DNA of 40,452 bases from an uncultured bacterium. GTDB lineage: Bacteria; Patescibacteriota; Minisyncoccia; Minisyncoccales; CAZLLZ01. The notes beneath the pieces were generated by a model. That model was given only the letters and a program-made list of their open reading frames with translations, had not been told where the DNA came from and searched no databases. Each line of letters opens with the position of its first letter. The first letter of the stretch is position 1. Where the stretch lies: positions 1-40,452 of the forward strand of contig CBEVQU010000001.1 in the NCBI GenBank assembly GCA_965552115.1, in the 5' to 3' direction. Positions 1 through 7,877 of the stretch are shown here, in pieces. The position numbers were made by a program, and so were the translations under genes.

Positions 1-463
1 CAAATTCAACTGTATTTTTCTCAATATCTTTCAACATTTCCTCTCCTATCTTAGATAACTTACATTCCGTGTACCTCATGGCAGCCGGAGGATCTCCGTC
101 AATTGAACCAAAATTTCCTTGTCCTTGAACTAAAGGATACCTTAAAGAAAAGTCTTGGGCCATTCTCACTAAAGCTTCATAAATTGGAGCATCTCCATGA
201 GGATGGTATCTTCCCATGCAGCTCCCCACCACTGTAGCTGATTTTCTAAATTTTGCTCCGCTTAATAAACCAAGCTTGTACATTGTATATAGAATTCTTC
301 TTTGGACAGGTTTTAATCCATCTCTCACATCAGGTAAAGCTCGAGAAATTATCACTGACATTGCATAATCAATATAAGACTCTTTCATTTCTTCTGTAAT
401 CTCTCTTTCTCTGATATAGCCTATTTCTTTATTCAATTTTTTTATCCCTTTCTTTTCTCTCAT
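1..463 (-). CDS. gyrA: DNA gyrase subunit A, N-terminal part (gene runs off the window start)
   Basis: Not in ORF track. Minus-strand translation from ATG at 463..461 gives MREKKG...[32 protein letters not shown]...[53 protein letters not shown]. These are GyrA hallmark blocks, including the catalytic-Tyr motif AAMRYTE. Confidence 0.9.
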   Translation of the reverse strand, partial: MREKKGIKKLNKEIGYIREREITEEMKESYIDYAMSVIISRALPDVRDGLKPVQRRILYTMYKLGLLSGAKFRKSATVVGSCMGRYHPHGDAPIYEALVRMAQDFSLRYPLVQGQGNFGSIDGDPPAAMRYTECKLSKIGEEMLKDIEKNTVEF

Positions 464-720
464 GGTTTTTTTATTCTAGGAAATCTTGGAAGTAAAAGGC
501 GGAAATGTTCTATTTCTTCTTTCAATTTTTCTCCTAGAGAAGGTCCTTTTATTTGCTTTTTAATTTCCTCTTTAGCTCCTTTAATTTCTATAAAAGTAGG
601 TTTTAAAACTTTTTTTATCCAAGTGAAAGAAATAATTATCCCTAAGATAGAAATTAAAATTAAAAAAATTATTCTTCTCCATTTTAAAGGTAAATTTCTA
701 ATTTTCTGAATTATCTTCAT
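460..720 (-). CDS. small single-pass membrane protein, unknown function
   Basis: 86-aa ORF with one hydrophobic helix ([16 protein letters not shown]). ATGA overlap with gyrA (460-463) and a 4-nt overlap with the upstream gene indicate translational coupling. Confidence 0.5.
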   Translation of the reverse strand: MKIIQKIRNLPLKWRRIIFLILISILGIIISFTWIKKVLKPTFIEIKGAKEEIKKQIKGPSLGEKLKEEIEHFRLLLPRFPRIKKP

Positions 721-1370
721 TTTAGTTTCAAAAGAACAACCTTAGTTTCTGAAGGAAGATCTTTTTGTTTTATTTTAAGACTCTTCAATCTTTCCGGTTC
801 TTCTATTCTCATTTCTTTTAGAAATTTATCTACTTTTTCTAATTTTATTTTCATTTTTGGTAAGAAATAGTGCATTGGTATTACAATTTTGGGCTCTATT
901 TGAGAAATAATATCCACTGCTTCTTTAGGAGAAATAGTATAAATTCCTCCAACAGGAACCATTAAAATATCAACTTCTCCGATCTTTTCTAACTGCTGAT
1001 CTGTTAATTCTTTTTGTCCTATATCAGAAAGGTGGCAAAGCCGGATTTGCTCTCCTTCTATTGTAAAAATTGTTACTTTTCCTCTTTCTTTTCCCTTTTT
1101 ATTATCGTGGAAAGCTTCAATTCCCTCAATATAAATTCCTTTTATCTCATATTCTCCTGGTCCTTCTATCTTAAATGGTTCATCCTTTATAATCTTTGTA
1201 TTGTTATGATCTGGATGGTTATGAGAAATAAGTAAAATATCTGCCTCTTCTTCTCTTAAAGGCAGACCAATAGATTCATCAAAAGGATCTATCACAATTT
1301 TTATATTTTCTTCTTTATTCTGTTTAATTAAAATAGAAAAACAAGAATGACCTCTCCAAAAAATTTCCAT
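717..1370 (-). CDS. metallo-beta-lactamase-fold metal-dependent hydrolase (UPF0173-like)
   Basis: HxHxDH motif (SHNHPDHNN) and MBL-fold layout; 217 aa. Confidence 0.8.
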   Translation of the reverse strand: MEIFWRGHSCFSILIKQNKEENIKIVIDPFDESIGLPLREEEADILLISHNHPDHNNTKIIKDEPFKIEGPGEYEIKGIYIEGIEAFHDNKKGKERGKVTIFTIEGEQIRLCHLSDIGQKELTDQQLEKIGEVDILMVPVGGIYTISPKEAVDIISQIEPKIVIPMHYFLPKMKIKLEKVDKFLKEMRIEEPERLKSLKIKQKDLPSETKVVLLKLK

Positions 1371-1404
1371 ATCTTTTTAGTTTAATCTTACCAAATATCC
1401 TAAG

Positions 1405-1432
1405 ATTATGCAATTTCTTGCTTTATCGACAA
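1405..1432 (-). promoter_or_regulatory. candidate sigma70-like promoter (TTGTCG-N16-CATAAT) for the MBL-hydrolase/gyrA operon
   Basis: Minus-strand hexamers at 1432..1427 and 1410..1405. Back-to-back with the S1 promoter. Confidence 0.3.
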
Positions 1433-1446
1433 AATTAGGATATAAT
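1418..1446 (+). promoter_or_regulatory. sigma70-like promoter (TTGCTT-N17-TATAAT) for the S1 gene
   Basis: -35 at 1418-1423, 17-nt spacer, consensus -10 at 1441-1446. 14 nt to ATG 1461 with no SD-like purine run. Confidence 0.5.
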
Positions 1447-1460
1447 TTGAAAGTATAGAA

Positions 1461-2537
1461 ATGAGAAAGAACAAAAGTATTTTACAAAAAATAGGAGATA
1501 CTTTAAAACCTTTAAAAGAAGGAGATACAGTAGAAGGGAAAATTATAGGGCTCAAGAAAGGAGCTGTGTTTTTGGATTTGAGTCCTTTTGGAACAGGAAT
1601 AATAAAGGGAAGAGAATTTTTAGAAACGAGAGAAGAATTGAAAAAGAAAGAAATAGGAGAAAAAATAGTAGCGAAAGTAATAAGTTTAGATAATAAAGAA
1701 GGGTTTATTGAGCTTTCTTTAAAAGAAGCCTCTCAAGAAATAGCTTGGGACAAACTAAAAAAAATAAAAGAAAATGATGAGACTATTAAAGTGAAGATTT
1801 TGGGAGCTAATAAAGGGGGACTTCTAACAAATGTTTTTGGAATCCCTGCTTTCTTGCCATCTTCCCAGCTTTCTCCTGAAAATTATCCTAAAGTACCAGA
1901 AGGGAATCCAAACAAAATATTAAAAGAACTCCAAAAATTAGTAGGGAAAGAATTAGAAGTAAAAATTTTAGATCTTTCTCCTAAAGAAGGGAAACTTATT
2001 CTTTCTGAAAAAGCTTTCTTTGCAGAAACTTCTAAAGAAGCTTTAAAGAAATATAAAGTGGGGGATGTAGTAGAAGGAGAAATTACCGCTATTTTAGACT
2101 TTGGTGCTTTTATAAGATTTTGGAAAGAAAAAGGGAAAGATGAAATGGAAGGGTTAATTCATATTTCTGAATTATCATGGCAAATGATAGATCATCCTTC
2201 TCAGATAATAAAGGTAGGAGAGAAAGTAAGAGCGAAAATTATTTCTATTGAAAATGAAAAAGTTTTTCTTTCTTTAAAAGCTCTAAAAGAAAATCCTTGG
2301 GAGAAAATCAAACAAAAATACAGAAAAGGAGAGATAGTAGAAGGAAAGGTAGAAAAGATAAAACCTTATGGGGCTTTTGTAAAATTAGAAGAAAAAATAT
2401 ATGGGCTTTGTCATATTTCTGAATTCAAAGATATGAAAGAACTGAAAGATAAATTAAAGCTTGGGAAAAAATATAAATTTGAAATTCTCTCCTTTTTACC
2501 AAAAGAAGGTAAGATAACTTTAAGATTAAAAAGCTAA
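1461..2537 (+). CDS. rpsA: 30S ribosomal protein S1-like, four S1/OB domains
   Basis: Repeated S1 motifs ([10 protein letters not shown].., [18 protein letters not shown].., [18 protein letters not shown]..). Stop overlaps the ftsH start (TAATG). Confidence 0.8.
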   Translation: MRKNKSILQKIGDTLKPLKEGDTVEGKIIGLKKGAVFLDLSPFGTGIIKGREFLETREELKKKEIGEKIVAKVISLDNKEGFIELSLKEASQEIAWDKLKKIKENDETIKVKILGANKGGLLTNVFGIPAFLPSSQLSPENYPKVPEGNPNKILKELQKLVGKELEVKILDLSPKEGKLILSEKAFFAETSKEALKKYKVGDVVEGEITAILDFGAFIRFWKEKGKDEMEGLIHISELSWQMIDHPSQIIKVGEKVRAKIISIENEKVFLSLKALKENPWEKIKQKYRKGEIVEGKVEKIKPYGAFVKLEEKIYGLCHISEFKDMKELKDKLKLGKKYKFEILSFLPKEGKITLRLKS

Positions 2538-4375
2538 TGAAAGAACTCTTAAAAAACATCTCTTTGGTAATTTTGATTTTTCTTATAATATCAGGTCTTT
2601 TTGTTTTATTTTCTAAACCTCCTGAAAAAAGAGAGGAAATTACTCTTGAGAAGTTAGCAAAAGAAATCAACCAAGAAAAGATAGAAAAAATTTTAGTTAA
2701 AGGAAACCAATTAATAATTACTTTTAAAGACGGGAAAGAAGCTTTCTCTACTAAAGAAAGTGGTATTTCTCTTTTTGAATCTTTGCTCTCTTTGGGAGCA
2801 GAAAAGGAAAAACTTCAAAAAGTAAGTTTTTATTTTAGAGAAGAGGGAGATAGAGCAAGCTTTTGGGCAAGTTTATTTATCTTAGGTTTCCTTCCTTTCT
2901 TTATTTTTCTCTTTTTCTTCTGGGGATTAATAAGAAAAGCAAAAACCGGAGCTATGCAAGCTTTCGATTTTACAAAATCGAAAGCTAGGCTCTTTGGAGC
3001 AGAAGGACACCCTAAAGAAAGAGTGACTTTTAAAGATGTAGCAGGGTTAAAAGAGGCAAAGGAAGAATTAATAGAAATTGTAGACTTTCTTAAACATCCT
3101 CAAAAATATTTAAAAATGGGAGCAAAAATCCCAAGAGGGGTTCTCCTGGTAGGACCTTCTGGTTGTGGAAAGACTTTGTTAGCTAGAGCAGTAGCAGGAG
3201 AAGCTAATGTTCCTTTTTTTCATATTTCAGGTTCTGAATTTGTTGAATTATTTGTAGGAGTAGGAGCAGCAAGAGTAAGGTCTCTTTTTCAAGAAGCTAA
3301 AAAAAGACAGCCTTCAATCATTTTTGTTGATGAGTTAGATGCTATTGGAAAAGTAAGAGGGCCTGCAACCATAACTGGAGGGCATGAGGAAAGAGAACAG
3401 ACTTTAAATCAGCTATTAGTTGAAATGGATGGATTTGAGAGAGGAGATAAAGTAATTGTTTTAGCTGCTACCAATAGACCAGACGTATTAGATCCTGCTC
3501 TTTTAAGACCAGGGAGATTTGATAGAAAAATTGTAGTAGATCTGCCAGATATTAGAGAAAGAGAAGCTATTTTGAAAATCCATTGTAGAGGAAAACCTTT
3601 AGCTAAAGATGTTAATTTAAGAGAGGTTGCTGAAAGAACGCCAGGATTTTCAGGAGCAGATTTGGAAAATGTTATCAATGAAGCTGCTATTTTAGCTGCA
3701 AGAAAAAATAAAGACAAAATTTATCAAGAAGATATCATAAACTCTATTGAAAAGGTCCTTTTAGGACCAGAAAGAAGGAGTCATATCCTTTCAAAAAAAG
3801 AGAAAGAGATTGCGGCTTTTCACGAAGCAGGTCATGCTCTTTTGGCCGCTTTAATAAAAGAGGCTGAACCTGTCAGAAAAGTATCAATTGTAGCTAGAGG
3901 AATGGCAGCAGGTTATACTCTTAAAACACCTAAAGAAGAAAAGAGAATAAAAACAAAATCTGAATTTTTAGCAGAAATAACTGTTTTGTTAGGAGGATAT
4001 ATGGCAGAAAAATTAAAATTTAAAGAAATAACAACTGGAGCAGCCAACGACCTTGAAAAAGCATCTTCTTTAGCTAGAAAACTAGTTAAAGAATATGGAA
4101 TGTCTTCTTTAGGACCTGTTTCTTTTGAAACAAAAGAGAAGCTTTTCTCTTTTGAGAAACCTTATTCTGAAGAAATGGCAGCCAAAATTGATAAAGAAGT
4201 AGAAAAAATTATTAAAGAATCTCAAAAAAGAGCAAAAAGACTTTTAGAGAAAAATAAAAAGTTATTAGAAAAAATTGCTAAAACTTTAATTAAAAAAGAA
4301 ACAATTGAAAAAGAAGAATTTGAAAAATTAATTGGGAAGAAAAAAACTGCTCAAAGAAAGAGCAGAAAGAAGTAA
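2537..4375 (+). CDS. ftsH: ATP-dependent zinc metalloprotease FtsH
   Basis: Two N-terminal TM helices, Walker A GPSGCGKT, Walker [32 protein letters not shown], zinc site HEAGHA. Confidence 0.95.
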   Translation: MKELLKNISLVILIFLIISGLFVLFSKPPEKREEITLEKLAKEINQEKIEKILVKGNQLIITFKDGKEAFSTKESGISLFESLLSLGAEKEKLQKVSFYFREEGDRASFWASLFILGFLPFFIFLFFFWGLIRKAKTGAMQAFDFTKSKARLFGAEGHPKERVTFKDVAGLKEAKEELIEIVDFLKHPQKYLKMGAKIPRGVLLVGPSGCGKTLLARAVAGEANVPFFHISGSEFVELFVGVGAARVRSLFQEAKKRQPSIIFVDELDAIGKVRGPATITGGHEEREQTLNQLLVEMDGFERGDKVIVLAATNRPDVLDPALLRPGRFDRKIVVDLPDIREREAILKIHCRGKPLAKDVNLREVAERTPGFSGADLENVINEAAILAARKNKDKIYQEDIINSIEKVLLGPERRSHILSKKEKEIAAFHEAGHALLAALIKEAEPVRKVSIVARGMAAGYTLKTPKEEKRIKTKSEFLAEITVLLGGYMAEKLKFKEITTGAANDLEKASSLARKLVKEYGMSSLGPVSFETKEKLFSFEKPYSEEMAAKIDKEVEKIIKESQKRAKRLLEKNKKLLEKIAKTLIKKETIEKEEFEKLIGKKKTAQRKSRKK

Positions 4376-4412
4376 TCTTATAAATCTTTAAATTTATTTG
4401 TTAATTCTAAAA

Positions 4413-4439
4413 CTCTTTGATAAAGAGCTTTTATTTTTT
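4413..4439 (+). terminator. weak AT-rich hairpin plus T-run downstream of ftsH
   Basis: CTCTTT-GAT-AAAGAG (4413-4427) followed by CTTTTATTTTTT. Confidence 0.35.
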
Positions 4440-4527
4440 CTAAAGGAGCTCCATCTCTATAAACTTGTTTATCAAGTTGCTCTCCTTTATTATCTCTAAT
4501 TCTCCAAATAATAGTATATTAATTAAG

Positions 4528-4556
4528 TTGACTATTTCTTGAGAATAAAATATACT
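4528..4556 (+). promoter_or_regulatory. sigma70-like promoter (TTGACT-N17-TATACT) for tRNA-Ile/tRNA-Val/rimI
   Basis: -35 at 4528-4533, 17-nt spacer, -10 at 4551-4556. 14 nt to tRNA +1 at 4571. Confidence 0.55.
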
Positions 4557-4570
4557 ATAAAAGTAAAAAA

Positions 4571-4644
4571 GGGCACGTAGCTCAGCTGGTTAGAGCACCA
4601 CTCTTATAAAGTGGGGGTCGCAGGTTCGAATCCTGCCGTGCCCA
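4571..4644 (+). tRNA. tRNA-Ile, anticodon UAU
   Basis: Cloverleaf by eye: acceptor GGGCACG/CGTGCCC, A73, anticodon stem CCACT/AGTGG, loop CTTATAA, T-arm GCAGG-TTCGAAT-CCTGC. No encoded CCA. Confidence 0.85.
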
Positions 4645-4645
4645 T

Positions 4646-4719
4646 GGGCGCGTAGCTCAGTTGGTTAGAGCGTCTGCTCGACACGCAGGAGGTCAGAGGT
4701 TCGAGTCCTCTCGCGCCCA
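4646..4719 (+). tRNA. tRNA-Val, anticodon GAC (loop TCGACAC, C at position 33)
   Basis: Acceptor GGGCGCG/CGCGCCC, A73, D-arm GCTC-AGTTGGTTA-GAGC, anticodon stem TCTGC/GCAGG, T-arm AGAGG-TTCGAGT-CCTCT. No encoded CCA. Confidence 0.8.
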
Positions 4720-4725
4720 CATTTT

Positions 4726-5178
4726 ATGGACTCTCTTTATCTTTCCAATCTTATTTTAAGAAAAGCGAAAGAGGAAGATTTAGAAGAAATTGAAAAAATT
4801 GAAAAAAGCTCCTTTCCGAAAACAAGCATTTGGAAAAAAGACCTACTTTCTAAAAAAAGGAGTAATTTCCCAGATTTTTTTATTATTGCTGAAATTAACA
4901 AAAAAATTGTAGGATATATTTTTGGCACACCTGGTGAAATTGAGTCTATAGCAGTTGCAAAAAAATGGAGGAGAAAAAAAATAGGAACTGCTCTTTTGAA
5001 AAAGCTAATTACTTCTTTTAAAAAAAGAGGTGTAAAAAAAATTACTCTCCACGTAAGAGAGAGTAATTTATCTGCTATTTCTTTTTATCTAAAAAATAAT
5101 TTTAAGATTGTTAAAAAAGTAGAAAATTATTATCCAGGTGGAGAAAGTGCTCTTTTAATGGAAACTACTCTATCTTGA
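4726..5178 (+). CDS. rimI: GNAT N-acetyltransferase, RimI-like
   Basis: GNAT motif A (IAVAKKWRRKKIGTALL); 150 aa. ATG lies 6 nt after the tRNA-Val discriminator. Confidence 0.75.
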   Translation: MDSLYLSNLILRKAKEEDLEEIEKIEKSSFPKTSIWKKDLLSKKRSNFPDFFIIAEINKKIVGYIFGTPGEIESIAVAKKWRRKKIGTALLKKLITSFKKRGVKKITLHVRESNLSAISFYLKNNFKIVKKVENYYPGGESALLMETTLS

Positions 5179-5644
5179 TTATCTCAAGATAAGTTAGTTT
5201 TGATCCAAATTGAAGAGCTTCTTCTTTTGTAGGAAACCAAACATCGATATGATAAAATCCTTTTTTAGGATTCATTCTGTCTTCCACTGTAAATATTTTA
5301 TCTCCAAATAATTCAGGTAATCTAACTTTTGTGTGTAAAGGTAAGAGATTGTTGGCTACAATCCCATCTCTAGCTAGTGTCCCTGCAGCAGTTAGAAAAG
5401 GGGTATCATCTGTCTCTTCTGGAGTAGAAGAATACCCTGTCACAATCACTCTTATTCTTCTGATAACTTTAATTTGAACAAAGTTAGGAGAAGAAATAGG
5501 AAAAAGAGTATCTTTGGAAAGAAAACAAAGACTTTCTCTTGAAAGATCAACTTTCGGAGCAATCTCCTCATCTCCATAAATGAAAGGGAAGAAAGCAAAA
5601 ATTCCTAAAATAGAAAATAATAGAAAAAAGTAAAATTTACTCAT
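5165..5644 (-). CDS. secreted 3D-domain (RlpA/MltA-like) cell-wall protein
   Basis: Signal-peptide-like MSKFYFFLLFSILGIFAFF, then a 3D-domain pattern (TGYSSTPEETDDTPF..., HIDVWF). The ORF-track start (TTG 5689) is itself a TTGACA -35 box, so I prefer ATG 5644; ATG 5662 is an alternative. Confidence 0.7.
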   Translation of the reverse strand: MSKFYFFLLFSILGIFAFFPFIYGDEEIAPKVDLSRESLCFLSKDTLFPISSPNFVQIKVIRRIRVIVTGYSSTPEETDDTPFLTAAGTLARDGIVANNLLPLHTKVRLPELFGDKIFTVEDRMNPKKGFYHIDVWFPTKEEALQFGSKLTYLEIIKIE

Positions 5645-5660
5645 TTTTAAGATTTCTAAC

Positions 5661-5689
5661 ATAATAGATTCTCTATCTTTCTTTGTCAA
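5661..5689 (-). promoter_or_regulatory. sigma70-like promoter (TTGACA-N17-TATTAT) for the 3D-domain gene
   Basis: Consensus -35 at 5689..5684, 17-nt spacer, -10 at 5666..5661. 16 nt to ATG 5644 with no SD. Confidence 0.5.
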
Positions 5690-5690
5690 G

Positions 5691-5719
5691 AAAAAACAGG
5701 CTCTCTTTAGAGCCTTTTT
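5691..5719. terminator. bidirectional-looking hairpin (A-tract, GGCTCT-CTTT-AGAGCC, T-tract)
   Basis: 6-7 bp GC-containing stem at 5699-5714. It is flanked by A6 (5691-5696) and T5 (5715-5719), so either strand sees a hairpin followed by a U-run. Confidence 0.4.
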
Positions 5720-5749
5720 AGATTTCCTAGATTTTAACAGATTTCCTAT
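5720..5749. repeat. direct repeat AGATTTCCTA x2, 20-bp period
   Basis: Identical 10-mers at 5720-5729 and 5740-5749 in the divergent intergenic region. Confidence 0.6.
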
Positions 5750-5875
5750 CGTTGCCTTTCTAATATCTTTTCAGAAAGCTAAACAATCAAGTCTTTCTTG
5801 TTTAATTTTAATTTCTTTTATCCTTCTCTAAAGTCAACTTTACTTAATTTTTGAAATATGATACCTTCTTTATAG

Positions 5876-7315
5876 GTGAAAAAAATGGAAGAAAGAGAAG
5901 CTTCTCAAGTAGAGTTTGTTGTAAAAACAATAGAAAGATGGCTTGGAAATCCTCTCTCTAAAGCTCTTTTAAAATCTACTTTAAAAAGAGACAAAAAGGG
6001 AGAAACTAAATTAGAAAAAGCTTTGAGAAAATATACTGGAGAAAAAATTGAGGTAGATTGGCTCACTTTCCAGATAGCAAAGAAAGCAATTGAAAAAGGA
6101 GCAGAAAGTCTAGGTATCTCAAAAGAAAAAATTAAAAATTCTTTAAAAGCACCAATTATCAGAAGAGGATTAGTAAATATCTTGGAAGGGATAGCTTATT
6201 GGGGAGTAAAAAGGCCTCAAATTACAGCAGCTCCTTTTTTAATTGTCTGGGATGTAACATATGCTTGTAATTTAAAGTGTAAACATTGCTATGCTTCTGC
6301 TGGTAAAAAAGCTCCAGATGAACTAACTACTAAAGAGGCGAAAGAAGCTATAGATTTATTTAGAAAGATAGGAGTAGTAGCTATAGCTTTCTCTGGAGGA
6401 GAACCTTTAGTAAGAAAAGATATCTTTGAATTGATTGAATATGCTAAAAAAAGAGATTTCTACGTCTCTATGGCTTCAAATGGAACTTTGATTACAAAAA
6501 AAATAGCTCAAAAATTAAAAGAAGTAGGGTTAGATTATATAGAAATTTCTTTAGATGGATTTGAAAAAACTCACGATAATTTTAGAGGAATAAAAGGAGC
6601 TTGGAAGAAAGCAGTTCAAGGAATCAGGAATTGCGTTGAAGTTGGTTTAGACACTTGTGTGGCAACAACTGCTACCCATTACAATCTGCAAGAAATTCCA
6701 AAACTGGTAGATTTTGTTGAGAAAGAACTAAAAGCTAACAGATTTATTTTATTCAATTTTGTTCCCACAAGAAGAGGGAAAGAGATCAAAGAAAAAGATT
6801 TAACTCCTAAAGAAAGAGAAGAATTGTTAGAGCTCCTTTACTCTAAACTTGTAGATCCAAATTGTCCTTTAGACACTTTCTCTACAGCTCCTCAATACGC
6901 AGTGATATCTGCAAGGTATCCAACCGGTCCTGCTGTAGCCACTCATTTTACAAATAAAAAAGCTCTTGAAATGTTAAAGGGAAAAACTAAAGCTTTAACA
7001 GAATTTATTGGAGGTTGTGGAGCAGGAAGGCTGTATTGTGGCATGGAACCTAATGGTGATATTCAACCTTGTGTCTTTATTCCTATAAAAATTGGAAATA
7101 TCAAGAAAGATGATTTTCTGGAAATTTGGAGAAACTCCCCTGTTTTGAAAGAAATCAGAGAAAGAGATAAATTTGAAGGATGCGGCACTTGCAAGTATAA
7201 GTATATTTGTGGAGGATGTAGAGCAAGAGCTTATGGATACTTTGGAAATTTAAAAGGACCTGATCCAGGATGTTTTTATAAGAAAGAATATTGGGAAAAT
7301 TTAAATAAAAAATAG
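5876..7315 (+). CDS. radical SAM enzyme with C-terminal SPASM/twitch-type Cys-rich domain and a ~115-aa N-terminal extension
   Basis: CX3CX2C (YACNLKCKHCY), GGEPL SAM motif, C-terminal CGAGRLYCGMEPNGDIQPC and CGTCKYKYICGGC clusters. Start may be ATG 5885 rather than GTG 5876. Confidence 0.85.
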   Translation: MKKMEEREASQVEFVVKTIERWLGNPLSKALLKSTLKRDKKGETKLEKALRKYTGEKIEVDWLTFQIAKKAIEKGAESLGISKEKIKNSLKAPIIRRGLVNILEGIAYWGVKRPQITAAPFLIVWDVTYACNLKCKHCYASAGKKAPDELTTKEAKEAIDLFRKIGVVAIAFSGGEPLVRKDIFELIEYAKKRDFYVSMASNGTLITKKIAQKLKEVGLDYIEISLDGFEKTHDNFRGIKGAWKKAVQGIRNCVEVGLDTCVATTATHYNLQEIPKLVDFVEKELKANRFILFNFVPTRRGKEIKEKDLTPKEREELLELLYSKLVDPNCPLDTFSTAPQYAVISARYPTGPAVATHFTNKKALEMLKGKTKALTEFIGGCGAGRLYCGMEPNGDIQPCVFIPIKIGNIKKDDFLEIWRNSPVLKEIRERDKFEGCGTCKYKYICGGCRARAYGYFGNLKGPDPGCFYKKEYWENLNKK

Positions 7316-7317
7316 AA

Positions 7318-7346
7318 GCGCTCTTTTTGAGCGCAATTTTTATTTT
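7318..7346 (+). terminator. rho-independent terminator of the radical SAM gene
   Basis: GCGCTC-TTTTT-GAGCGC (7318-7334) followed by AATTTTTATTTT. Confidence 0.6.
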
Positions 7347-7347
7347 A

Positions 7348-7419
7348 AGCGGGTGAGGGGAATCGAACCCCCATCTCTGCCTTGGCAAGGCAGTGTAATA
7401 GCCATTATACTACACCCGC
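7348..7419 (-). tRNA. tRNA-Gly, anticodon GCC
   Basis: Acceptor GCGGGTG/CACCCGC, U73, anticodon stem CTGCC/GGCAG, loop TTGCCAA, T-arm GGGGG-TTCGATT-CCCCT. Confidence 0.9.
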
Positions 7420-7427
7420 TCGTCCTC

Positions 7428-7691
7428 TCAACTTTTTAATTCTTTTAAATAACTCTTTAAAGTCCGTTTTATCCAATTCTTGCCCCAACCTGTTTTCAAA
7501 AACTTTTCTCGCTGAACAGCATCATGCTTATTATTATGTGCTTCATAATATACTACAATAAACGGCTTAAATTTTTTTGTTGACTCTACCTTCCCGTTAT
7601 TATGCAATGTAAATCGCTTTCTTAAATCATTAGTCAGACCTACATAAAACCATTGATGCCTTTTGCTTTTCAGTATATACACATACCACAT
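7428..7691 (-). CDS. small stand-alone GIY-YIG nuclease family protein (YhbQ/UPF0213-like)
   Basis: MWYVYILKS..WFYVGLTNDLRKRFTLHN carries GIY, YIG and the conserved Arg; 87 aa. The ORF-track N-terminal extension (to 7817) reads through tRNA-Phe and tRNA-Leu, so it is discarded. Confidence 0.8.
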   Translation of the reverse strand: MWYVYILKSKRHQWFYVGLTNDLRKRFTLHNNGKVESTKKFKPFIVVYYEAHNNKHDAVQREKFLKTGWGKNWIKRTLKSYLKELKS

Positions 7692-7714
7692 ATTTAAAAA
7701 GTTGGGAGGACAAG

Positions 7715-7786
7715 TGCCGCGGGTCGGGATCGAACCGACGACCTCTTCTTTTTCAGAGAAGCGCTCTACCACTGAGCTACCGCGGC
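7715..7786 (-). tRNA. tRNA-Phe, anticodon GAA
   Basis: Acceptor GCCGCGG/CCGCGGC, A73, anticodon stem CTTCT/AGAAG, loop CTGAAAA, T-arm GTCGG-TTCGATC-CCGAC. Confidence 0.9.
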
Positions 7787-7790
7787 AATC

Positions 7791-7875
7791 TGGGCGGGGA
7801 GGGACTCGAACCCTCATGAGGTTGAACCTCAGCAGATTTTAAGTCTGCCGCGTCTACCAGTTCCGCCACCCGCCC
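7791..7875 (-). tRNA. tRNA-Leu, anticodon UAA (long variable arm)
   Basis: Acceptor GGGCGGG/CCCGCCC, A73, anticodon stem GCAGA/TCTGC, loop CTTAAAA, variable arm TGAGGTTCAACCTCAT, T-arm GAGGG-TTCGAGT-CCCTC. Confidence 0.9.
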
Positions 7876-7877
7876 AG

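Larger units (their letters stand above)
5691..5755 (-). ncRNA. candidate ~60-nt small transcript or leader (promoter-like TTGATT-N17-GATATT at 5790..5762, ending at the 5699-5714 hairpin and U6)
   Basis: Only promoter-like and terminator-like signals bracket a short non-coding unit that contains two copies of TAGGAAATCT. No homology evidence. Confidence 0.2.

Noticed and set aside
460-463. Possibility of an alternative genetic code (UGA as sense), as in some CPR lineages.
   Set aside because: TGA serves as the stop in ATGA overlaps (460-463, 11616-11619). All conserved genes give full-length products under the standard code with no in-frame TGA needed.
4381-4518. 46-codon stop-to-stop open frame on the minus strand downstream of ftsH (YTIIWRIRDNKGEQLDKQVYRDGAPLEKIKALYQRVLELTNKFKDL), possibly a gene remnant.
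   Set aside because: It has no ATG, GTG or TTG start and no recognisable motif. It overlaps the ftsH terminator and the tRNA promoter region. An open frame of this length is not compelling on its own. It could be revisited with a translated search.
7692-7817. N-terminal 42 codons of ORF 7428-7817 (MRVRVPPRPDCRGSSVVERF...).
   Set aside because: This part is the translation of tRNA-Phe and part of tRNA-Leu read on the same strand. The GIY-YIG domain begins at the internal ATG 7691.
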